From Narcine bancroftii (lineage: Eukaryota), in NCBI RefSeq assembly GCF_036971445.1, contig NC_091470.1, positions 139,707,025-139,750,000 of the forward strand: DNA of 42,976 bases, written 5' to 3'. Each line of letters opens with the position of its first letter. The first letter of the stretch is position 1. A model generated the notes under the pieces. That model was not told the origin of the DNA. It was given only the letters and a program-made list of their open reading frames with translations, and did no database searches. Made by a program: the position numbers and the translations under genes. Shown here one piece after another: positions 20,201-28,574 of the stretch.

Positions 20201-23200
20201 TCCACCCATGGCTGTCGGAGTACGACCACCTCATGTCCAGCTCCTATGACAAGGTGATTGATTGTCCACTCTCCTCCCTCCCTCCCCCCCCCCCCCCCAC
20301 CCCTACCATTCTCCAGGCAACTCAGGGCGTTGTTGGGTCCCAAGAGACCTAAGGTAGGCCTGACTAGGCCTTGTCTCGTTCACCCTGGTTACTGGCCCGA
20401 CTAGGCTTATCTGGTTTACCCTGGTGACAGCCTGACTAGATCTCATCTCGTTCACCCCTGGTGACAGCCTAACGAGGCCTCATCTGGTTCACCCTGGTGA
20501 CTGGCCTGACTAGGCCTCATCTCGTTCACCTTGGCAACAGAGCTGACTAGACCTTAACTGGTTTATCCTGGTGACAGGCCTGACTAGGCCTCATCTCATT
20601 CATCCCTGGTGACAGGCCTGACTAGGCCTCATCCGGTTACCCCTGGCATCAGGCCTGACTAGGCCTTGTCCGCTACCCTTGGCGACAGGCCTGACTTGGC
20701 CTCTCTCTGTCTCCACGGTGACATGTGACTGCAGGCCTGACTGGGCCGCATCCTATCTCCACGGTGATGCTGGGTCCCTGTTCCCCGACAATGGTCCGTC
20801 CCCCTAATTTCTCCCCTGAATGTTCACCCTCTCACCTTGGTGCCCCCCCACCACCGTCCTGCAGGGATACAAGTTCGAGCCGGACAACCCCCAGAGGGAG
20901 CACCCCAGGGCCTTCGAGGAGGGCCTGCGCAGGCTGCGGGAGGGCGACCTGCCCAACGCCGTGCTTCTCTTCGAGGCCGCTGTCCAGCAGGACCCCGAGC
21001 ATGTGGAGGTGAGTCTCCCTCGCTGCCACCGAGATGCCCTCGAAGCTCCTGCTTGTTCCACAATAAGCCTCTTCTTCCCAGGGAAGGTCCCTCCCTCCCC
21101 TGGAAGAGCCATCGTAATCCAGGAAGCTCCATCCATCCCTCAAAAGCTCCCTCCCATGCTGCAAAGCTCCCTCTATCCAAGAAGCTCCCTATCTTCGCAA
21201 GAGGCACCTCCTTGACCCGGTAAGCTCCTTCATCTCCCCCTTCCCCCAAGAAGCTCCCTCATCTTCCCAGAAAAGCTCATTCATCCCTCCAAGAAGCTCC
21301 CTCATCCCAGAAGCTCCCTTATCTATCTGCCCAGAGAAGCTCTCATGTACACCCCGGAGAACCTCCCTCCTCTACGCCATGTGGAGATGCTCCTTCATCT
21401 CTGGAGAAGGTCACACATCTCTGGAGAAGCTCCTCTACGGCCCCTGGGAGAAGCTCCCTCAACTACTCCCCAGAAGAAGCTCCTCGAGGAACTCCATCAT
21501 CCACAGACAAGCTCCCTCATCTATCCCCGGACAAGCTCCCTCATCTACCCTTGATCCCGGGAGCAGCTCCCTCATCCCCAGACAAGCTCCCTCATCTCAC
21601 CCCCCTGCCCCCGTGAGAAGCTCCCTCACTCACGACGGTAGTACCGACCCTGTGTTCTCTTCTGGCAGGCGTGGCAGCATCTGGGCACGACTCAGGCGGA
21701 GAATGAGCAGGAGCAGCCAGCCATTAGCGCCCTGCGGAGGTACCGAAACACGCCCGCCTGCAGGGGAGGGGGGCTGGAGGGCAGAGACAAATCCCAACCC
21801 TGTCTCGATACACCCAGATACTGTTCGAGAATGGAGAATGGAGAGTATGGAGGGGAGGAGAGGGGGTTAAACAAAAGGATCAACAGGTTCAGGTTCGGGG
21901 CTTTATCCCCTGAAGATTTACTGGGAAATTGCCTGGACATCAAGCACTGAGTTCCAGGGAAAGGTTCAACAGGTTAAGGACTTTATTCCCTGAAGATTTA
22001 CTGGGATGTTGCCCGGATGTCAGGGACTGAGTTACAGGGAAAGGTCCAACAGGTTTGGACTTTATCCCCGGAAATAGAAGTCTGTTGTAGGGTTAATGGG
22101 ACGGGGCAGGAGAGGTTCTACAGGGGTTAACCTTCACGTCAACTCTCCTGTCAGCTGGAGGAGGGGAAGCGGGTCCGGCAGAGCTGTCGGCGATGACCCT
22201 CTCCCCCTTCCCCTCCCCACAGGTGCCTGGAGCTGCAGCCTGACAACCTGACAGCCTGCATGGCGCTGGCTGTCAGCTTCACCAACGAGTCACTGCAGAA
22301 GCAGGCCTGCGAGACTCTGCGCTCCTGGATCGAGCAGAATCCCAAGTATCGGCAACTGGCCGTGGGCAGGGGTTCGCTCAGCCGGGCCAGCTTCGGCTCC
22401 CTGCTATCAGAGTGAGTCCGCAGGATTTATCTCCTGCCACGTCCCCATAACCGTCCCCCTGCGAATCTACCCATCCCTGTCTCCCCCTCGCCATCTCCCG
22501 CTCCCCGTTGGTCCCTCCCTGTACCACACCCCCGTCTACCTCCCCTTCACCCTCTCACCTTTGCTCCATCTCTCTCTCACCCTCTCTTGTCCCCCTCTCC
22601 CGTCTACCTCTCCCCGTATCTCTTTCCCCTTGATTCTGTCCAATTCTCTCTCAACCCATCGCCTTCTCCCAGTCTCACTCCCTCTTTCTCCCCGCCTCCC
22701 TTCCACCCCGCCTCCCTTCCACCCCGCCTCCCTTCCACCCGCCTCCCTTCCACCCCGCCTCCCTTCCACCCCGCCTCCCTTCCACCCCGCCTCCCTTCCA
22801 CCCCGCCTCCCTTCCACCCCGCCTCCCTTCCACCCCGCCTCCCTTCCACCCCGCCTCCCTTCCACCCCGCCTCCCTTCCACCCCGCCTCCCTTCCACCCC
22901 GCCTCCCTTCCACCCCGCCTCCCTTCCACCCCGCCTCCCTTCCACCCCGCCTCCCTTCCACCCCGCCTCCCTTCCACCCCGCCTCCCTTCCACCCCGCCT
23001 CCCTTCCACCCGCCTCCCTTCCACCCCGCCTCCCTTCCACCCCGCCTCCCTTCCACCCCGCCTCCCTTCCACCCCGCCTCCCTTCCACCCCGCCTCCCTT
23101 CCACCCCGCCTCCCTTCCACCCCGCCTCCCTTCCACCCCGCCTCCCTTCCACCCCGCCTCCCTTCCACCCCGCCTCCCTTCCACCCCGCCTCCCTTCCAC

Positions 23201-24310
23201 CCCGCCTCCCTTCCACCCCGCCTCCCTTCCACCCCGCCTCCCTTCCACCCCGCCTCCCTTCCACCCCGCCTCCCTTCCACCCCGCCTCCCCCTCCCCCGC
23301 CTCACTCTCTCTGTGTCCATCCCCCCGATAGCTCCCTTTTCTCAGAGGTGAAGGACTTGTACTTAGAGGCAGTGGCCATCCATCCGGATGACATTGATGC
23401 TGACCTGCAGTGTGGGCTGGGAGTGCTGTTCAACCTGAGCGGGGACTTCGACAAAGCTGTTGACTGCTTCCAGACAGCTCTGAGTACCCGTCCACAGGTG
23501 AGGGGACTCTGTCTACCCCTTTCTCCCCCCATCCCCCTCAACTCCCCCCCTCTCCTTCTCCCCTCTCCTCCCTTCTCCTCTCTCTTTCTCTCCCTCTATC
23601 TTCTCCCCCCCTCCTCTCCTCCGCCCCATCTCACCCCTCAGTCTCTCCATCTCCCTGCAGGACCACTTGCTGTGGAACAAGCTGGGGGCGACGCTTGCCA
23701 ACGGATCCCGTAGTGAGGAGGCCGTTGAAGCCTACGGTCGCGCCCTGGAACTTCACCCCGGATACATTCGTTCCCGATATAACCTGGGAATCAGCTGTAT
23801 CAACCTTGGGGCACATAGGTAAGGGGAGAGGGGTGGAAAGAGTGCGGAGAGAGAGGAGAGTGTGGGAGAGAGGGGGGACTGGGGGATAGAGAGAGGGAGG
23901 GGAGTTGAGAGAGAGGAGGGGGGAAAGTGGGGGAGAGGATGGAGAAAGGGAGAGAGAGAAGGGGAAAGAGGGCAGACTGGGGAGAGTTGTGGGAATCCAG
24001 CTGTGTTTCTAACCATCCACCTTTCTCCACTACCTCTCCCGGTCACTCCCTCCCCCCACCCCCCACCCCCTCTCCCCCCTCTCTTTCTCTCCCCTCCTCT
24101 CTCCCACAGGGAAGCCATCGACACTTCCTGGAGGCTCTAAGCTTGCAACAACAAGGCCAGGGAGCAGCGGGTTCCCGCGGCCAGATGTCCGACAACATCT
24201 GGAGCACCCTACGCATGGCCCTGTCCATGCTGGGCCAGACCGACCTCTACCAGGCGGCCGAGACCCACAACCTCCCTCTGCTGCTTGAGGCCTTTGGACT
24301 CCCGCACTGA
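13932..24310 (+). CDS. PEX5: Peroxisomal PTS1 receptor PEX5 (long isoform), 15 coding exons
   Basis: N-terminus [17 protein letters not shown] with the ubiquitin-acceptor Cys11, LVAEF motif, WxxxF/Y motifs, PEX7-binding exon, TPR domain ([12 protein letters not shown]...[14 protein letters not shown]) and C-terminal [14 protein letters not shown]...FGLPH*. Indels near 14002, 20138, 20168 and 24121. Confidence 0.97.
14300..14335 (+). CDS. PEX5: PEX5 coding exon 2 (36 nt)
   Basis: [12 protein letters not shown]; cacag| and |gtgagg. Confidence 0.88.
14613..14745 (+). CDS. PEX5: PEX5 coding exon 3 (133 nt)
   Basis: [44 protein letters not shown]. Confidence 0.95.
15065..15196 (+). CDS. PEX5: PEX5 coding exon 4 (132 nt)
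   Basis: [44 protein letters not shown]; two WxxxF motifs. Confidence 0.95.
15265..16200 (+). repeat. Two adjacent degenerate minisatellites (GCATTGTGGGTA-type, then ~33-bp CCCAGTGCACCCTGGGTAAGAGTTGG-type)
   Basis: Visible tandem motifs in a PEX5 intron. Confidence 0.8.
16297..16393 (+). CDS. PEX5: PEX5 coding exon 5 (97 nt)
   Basis: [32 protein letters not shown](R). Confidence 0.93.
16565..17320 (-). mobile_element. CR1-clade LINE fragment, same subfamily as 7745-8640
   Basis: Reverse complement shares CTGAAAGTGGC...CAGGTCATGGAGAGAGCTTTTGGCATATTGGCCTTCATA and the 80-bp unit. Confidence 0.8.
17325..18715 (+). repeat. ~47-bp minisatellite (GGGGACCGACACGGTGAACGGTGGGGAACGGAGAGACCTCGGGGTAC)
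   Basis: Many tandem copies; inverted arrays of the same family at 25370-25985 and 26535-26990. Confidence 0.92.
18795..18885 (+). CDS. PEX5: PEX5 coding exon 6 (91 nt)
   Basis: [30 protein letters not shown]. Confidence 0.92.
19056..19166 (+). CDS. PEX5: PEX5 coding exon 7 (111 nt; long-isoform, PEX7-binding)
   Basis: [37 protein letters not shown]; 37 aa, phase 0-0, like the mammalian alternative exon. Confidence 0.94.
19190..19700 (+). repeat. Degenerate TAGGCCT-rich tandem repeat
   Basis: Recurrent TAGGCC / TTGGCCTAC / TGTGAATT motifs. Confidence 0.7.
19791..19871 (+). CDS. PEX5: PEX5 coding exon 8 (81 nt)
   Basis: [27 protein letters not shown]. Confidence 0.9.
20134..20253 (+). CDS. 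PEX5: PEX5 coding exon 9 (120 nt; compensating +1/-1 indels)
   Basis: S(D)VDFWDDLQA / [28 protein letters not shown]; uncorrected frame has TGA at 20155-20157. Confidence 0.92.
20355..20750 (+). repeat. ~36-bp minisatellite (CAGGCCTGACTAGGCCTCATCTCGTTCACCCTGGTGA)
   Basis: Tandem copies. Confidence 0.85.
20865..21008 (+). CDS. PEX5: PEX5 coding exon 10 (144 nt)
   Basis: [48 protein letters not shown] (first TPR). Confidence 0.96.
21040..21630 (+). repeat. Degenerate GAAGCTCCCTCATC tandem repeat
   Basis: AAGCTCC recurs every ~20-25 nt. Confidence 0.8.
21669..21739 (+). CDS. PEX5: PEX5 coding exon 11 (71 nt)
   Basis: [23 protein letters not shown](R). Confidence 0.96.
21880..22072 (+). mobile_element. 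CR1-derived 80-bp tandem unit
   Basis: CTGAAGATTTACTGGG at 21910 and 21990. Confidence 0.8.
22223..22411 (+). CDS. PEX5: PEX5 coding exon 12 (189 nt)
   Basis: [62 protein letters not shown](D). Confidence 0.95.
22691..23290 (+). repeat. 16-bp near-perfect minisatellite (CCCCGCCTCCCTTCCA)n
   Basis: ~37 tandem copies; explains the overlapping ORFs at 22536-23351. Confidence 0.97.
23332..23497 (+). CDS. PEX5: PEX5 coding exon 13 (166 nt)
   Basis: [55 protein letters not shown]. Confidence 0.96.
23661..23818 (+). CDS. PEX5: PEX5 coding exon 14 (158 nt)
   Basis: [52 protein letters not shown](R). Confidence 0.96.
24110..24310 (+). CDS. PEX5: PEX5 terminal coding exon (1 nt short near 24121)
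   Basis: EAI / [62 protein letters not shown]. Confidence 0.95.
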   Translation, partial: GSHRHFLEALSLQQQGQGAAGSRGQMSDNIWSTLRMALSMLGQTDLYQAAETHNLPLLLEAFGLPH

Positions 24311-24626
24311 CGCACCCTCCCCTTTCCTCGTTCCCCCAACCCTCATCCCCTCACCAGCCTGTGACACCCTGTCAAGGAGACCTTTACTCTGCGTCCCCGT
24401 CCTGGGCGTATGTGGCGGGATGGGGTTTCGCTCTGTGTCCCCACCCCAGCAGTGTGTGACGGGACAGGGCTTTTCTCTGTATCCCCACCCCAGGAGTGCG
24501 TGACGGGAGATCCTAAATCATAACTCTAGAATTGAATTAATTTATATAAATTTATTATCAATGTTTCGCTGAAATATGAGCCAACATTTTGGCCAAAATG
24601 ATTATAAACTATAATGTTGCTAATTC

Positions 24627-24632
24627 AATAAA
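24627..24632 (+). terminator. Probable PEX5 polyadenylation signal
   Basis: AATAAA in an AT-rich island ~320 nt after the stop, followed by T/GT-rich sequence. Confidence 0.7.
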
Positions 24633-24699
24633 GTTTCCAATTTTTATATATCCTCTCTGTTTTAGTGTTTTACAGCCTCATTCCCCAGACCCCTGCATC

Positions 24700-25165
24700 C
24701 CTCCCTGTCTCTGTAAGCCCTCCGTTTCCTTACACCCTCCCCGTCTCTGTAACCCCCTCTCCCTTCCCCCACCCCTCCTCTCCCTGACACCCCTCCCTGT
24801 CACTGTAACTTCCTCCGGTCCCCGACACCCCTCCCTGTCTCTGTAACCCCCTCTGGTCCCCTACACCCTACCTGTCTCCGTAACCTCCTCTGGTCCCCTA
24901 CTTGTCTCTGTAGCCCCCTCTGGTTCCCTACACCCCTCCCAGTCTCTGTAACCCCTCCAACCCCCAACACCCCCTCCGACCCCCAACACCCTTCCCATTA
25001 TCTGTATCCCCCTCGGTCCCCAACACCCCTCCCCGTCTCTAACCCCCTCCGGTCCCTAACATCCTCCCGTATCTGCAACCCCCTCCGGTCCCCGACAACC
25101 CCTCCCTGTCTCTGAAACATCCTCCGGTCCCCGACACCCTTCCTTGACTCTGTAACCCCCCTCTG
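24700..25165 (+). repeat. ~38-bp minisatellite (CTCTGTAACCCCCTCCGGTCCCCGACACCCCTCCCTGT)
   Basis: Tandem copies; same family at 27610-28440 and 38180-38550. Confidence 0.88.
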
Positions 25166-25369
25166 ATTCGTGTGCGACTTTGTCCCGTAGATTACCAGGA
25201 CGCGAGAGAACTTTACGGGAAAATCTGACCTTTGAATTATCAATATTTTCTGTTTGAAGTTCGTCATCAACAGATGCCAATCGAGGACAGTTTCAGAATC
25301 AAAGTCCAATTAATTCAGGCCAAGTACTGTCAAACGGTTCTCATAAGGTAACCCTTTAATTCCCAAAAC

Positions 25370-25985
25370 CATCCCCCACCGCTCATCGTGTCAGTCCCCG
25401 AACCCCAAGGTCATTCCGTTCCCCACTGTTCACCGTGTCGTCCCCGACCTACCCGACCTCCAAGATCTCACCATTCACCATGTCAGTCCCTGTACCCCGA
25501 GGTTGCAACGTCCCCCACTGTTCACTGTTTCAGACCCCGTACCTCAAGATCTCCCTGTCCCCCACCATTCACCGTGTTGGTCCCCAAACCCCGAGGTCTC
25601 TCCATTCCCCACTGTTCACCGTGTCGGTCCCTGTACCCCTGAGGTCGCTCCATCCCCCACTGCTCACTGTTTTTGTCCCCGTACCCTGAGATCTCCCTGT
25701 TCCCCACCATTCACCGTGTTGGTCTCCAAACCCTGAGGTCTCTTCGATCCCCACCATTCACCGTGTCTGTCCCTGTACGCCACCATTCACCGCGTTGGTC
25801 CCCAAACCCCGAGGTCTCTCTGTTCCCCACCATTCACTGTGTCGGTCCCAGTCCCATGAGGTCACCATATTGGTCCCCGTACCCCGAGATCTCTCCATTC
25901 CCCACCATTCACAGCGTCCGTCCCTGTACCCCAAGGTCTCTCTGTTCCCCACCATTCATGGTGTCGATCCCCATACCCTGAGTCT
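25370..25985 (-). repeat. ~47-bp minisatellite, inverted relative to 17325-18715
   Basis: CCCCACCATTCACCGTGTCGGTCCC units. Confidence 0.9.
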
Positions 25986-26434
25986 CTCCACCTCTCCCCC
26001 CTCTATCTCCCACTCCTCTCCCCTCTATCTTCCACCCCTCTCCCCCTCTATCTCCCATCCCATTCTCCCCTCCTTCCATCTCTCCGCCTCTCTCACCCAC
26101 TCCTCCCCCTCTCTCTTCCCCATCCTTCTCTCTTCCCTCCCCCTCACTCTCCCCACACCGAGCCCTGTGCTGACCAACACAGTATCATAACCCCTGCAGA
26201 CACTCAGATTCGATTTCTCCCTCTGCCAAAGTAAACTCCAGAGGACAAACATCTCTCCCCTTCGCCTCCTGGTTCAACTGCTGCGAGTCCAAGTGGGGTG
26301 AGGGGTGGGGTGGTGGGAATTTTATAGAGCAGTGGCCAGGTACTGAGACGGAGAGGTGGGAGGGAGGAGAGATTGGATCCCAGTGGTGCTGCGAACCACA
26401 CAGGTCAGGCCACTGTGGGATTACTGGACACGTC

Positions 26435-27377
26435 ATGGGACTCCACCGAGGGATGGAAATGTGGTGAATACCAGTGGGACAGGGGGAGAGATATGTGGGA
26501 CAGAGAGGGGGAGGGAACTCTGTTCCACAACCCTCCCCACCATTCACCATGTCAGTCCCGTCCCCCAAGGTCTCTTCCGTTCCCCACCGTTCACTGTGTT
26601 GGTCCCTGTACCCTGAGGTCTCTCTTTTCTGCCCTGTTCACTGTGTTGGTCCCCATCCCCCAAGGTCTATCCGTTCCCCACTGTGTCGGTCCCCATACCC
26701 CAAGGCCTCTGTTTTCCCCACCATTCGCTGTGTTGGTCCCCGTACCCTGAGGTATCTGCATTCCCCACCGTTCACCGAGTTGGTCCCCGTACCCTGAGGT
26801 CTCTCCGTTCCCCACCGTTCACCGGGTCAATCCCTGTACCCTGAGGTCTCTTCGTTCCCCATCGTTCATCGTGTCGGTCCCCACCCCCCTGAGGTCTCTC
26901 CGTTCACCGGGTCAATCCCTGTACCCTGAGGTCTCTTTGTTCCCAATCGATCACCGGGTTGATCCCTGTATCCCGAGGTCTCTGTTCTACGACACTCCCC
27001 ACTGGAATCAAACGTAGTTGATACCCCCCGCCCCCCCTCTCCTGCCATCTCCCCCCTTTCCCCTCTCTCTCCTCTCACCCCATTTCAATCCCCTGTCTCT
27101 CCCCACTCTATTTCCCCCTCTCACTCTCCCCCCTCTCTCTCTCTTCCCTCCTCCTCCCCAGGATAATCCTCGCTCACTTCCTGACTCCTCCGATTTTGGG
27201 GGAAATTGTCCTGCAAGATCTTCATGGCCACTTTGAGTCTCCTGGATACCCTCGGGGATACCCAGACGAGGTGACCCTCAGCTGGAAGATCGAGGTCCAA
27301 CCTGGATACAAGATAAAGCTTGAGTTCGCACATATCGACATTGAGAAGTCACCGAATGTGATTATGACAACATCCAG
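26435..27377 (+). CDS. 5' part of a C1s/C1r/MASP-family complement serine protease (most like C1s): exon ending 26463 (ATG at 26459, in-frame upstream ATGs at 26435 and 26453) and exon 27162-27377 (signal peptide + first half of CUB1)
   Basis: ATG TG|gtgaat joins in phase 2 to give MWIILAHFLTPPILGEIVLQDLHGHFESPGYPRGYPDEVTLSWKIEVQPGYKIKLEFAHIDIEKSP / CDYDNIQ|gt. This matches the CUB1 pattern (G...SP.YP..YP...W.I.V..GY.I.L.F...D.E.S..C.YD) and C1S/C1R lie near PHB2 and PEX5 in human. 1 nt short near 27355. Confidence 0.85.
26535..26990 (-). repeat. ~47-bp minisatellite, inverted copy
   Basis: Same units as 25370-25985. Confidence 0.88.
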
Positions 27378-27609
27378 GTAGAGTGAGGGGGATTGAGAGG
27401 AAGAGANNNNNNNNNNNNNNNNNNNNNNNNNNNNNNNNNNNNNNNNNNNNNNNNNNNNNNNNNNNNNNNNNNNNNNNNNNNNNNNNNNNNNNNNNNNNNN
27501 NNNNNNNNNNNNNNNNNNNNNNNNNNNNNNNNNNNNNNNNNNNNNNNNNNNNNNNNNNNNNNNNNNNNNNNNNNNNNNNNNNNNNNNNNNNNNNNNNNNN
27601 NNNNNNTCT

Positions 27610-28440
27610 GATCCCCAAAATTCCTCACCATCTCTGTAACCCCCTCTGATCCCAGACACCCCTCCCTGTCTCTGTAACCACCTCTGGTCCCCGACATCCC
27701 TCCCTGTATCTGTAAATACCGTTTGGTTCCCGACACCCTCCCCGACTCTGTAACGCCTTCCGGTCCCTGACATCCCTCCCTGTATCTGTAATACCGTTTG
27801 GTCCCCAACACCCTCCCCGGCTCTGTAACACCCTCTGGTCCCCAACACTCATCTCTGTCTCTGTAAACCCCCTCTGATCCCCAACACCCCTCACCCTCTG
27901 TAACCCCCTCCAGTCCCCAATACCCCTTCTTGATTCTGTAACACTCTCCTGTCCCCGACTCCCCTCCCTGTCTCTGTATCCCCCCCCGTACAATCCCCGA
28001 CACCCCTCCCTGTCTCTGCAATATTCTTCTGTTCCCGACAGCCCTCCCCATCTCCTTAACCAACTCAGATCCCCAAAACCCCTCACCGTCTCTGTAACCC
28101 CCTCCGATCCCCGACACCCCTCACCCTCTCTGTAACCCCACTCCGGTTCCCGACACCCCTCCCTGTCTCTGCAATATTCTTCTGTCCCCGACAGCCCTCC
28201 CCATCTCCGTAACCATCTCTGATCCCAAAACCCCTCACCGTCTCTGTAGCCCCCTCCGATCCCCGACACCCCTCACCCTCTCTGTAACCCACTCCGGTTC
28301 CCGACACCCCTCCCTGTCTCTGTAACCCCCTCCGATCCCAGGCACCCCTCACCCTCTCTGTAACCCCCTCCGGTCCCCGATACCCCTCCCCGTCTCTGTA
28401 ACCCCCTCTAGTCCCCTAACACCCCTCCCCACCGCCGTAA
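27610..28440 (+). repeat. ~38-bp CTCTGTAACCCC minisatellite
   Basis: Tandem copies after an N gap. Confidence 0.9.
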
Positions 28441-28574
28441 CCTCCCCTCAGCCATGATGACGCAGGTGAGTGGAGGGGTGGGGGAGAGGCTTGAACCCGG
28501 ATAATGAGTATCCAATTTATTTTCTCTCTCCCTCCCTCCCTCCCTCCCTCCCTCTCACTCTCCCCCACTCCCTC

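Noticed and set aside
22536-23351. Pro-rich and Gly-rich ORFs
   Set aside because: 16-bp minisatellite inside a PEX5 intron.
13932-24310. PEX5L/TRIP8b paralogue instead of PEX5
   Set aside because: The MAMR...C11 N-terminus, WxxxF/Y motifs and PEX7-binding exon are diagnostic of PEX5 proper.
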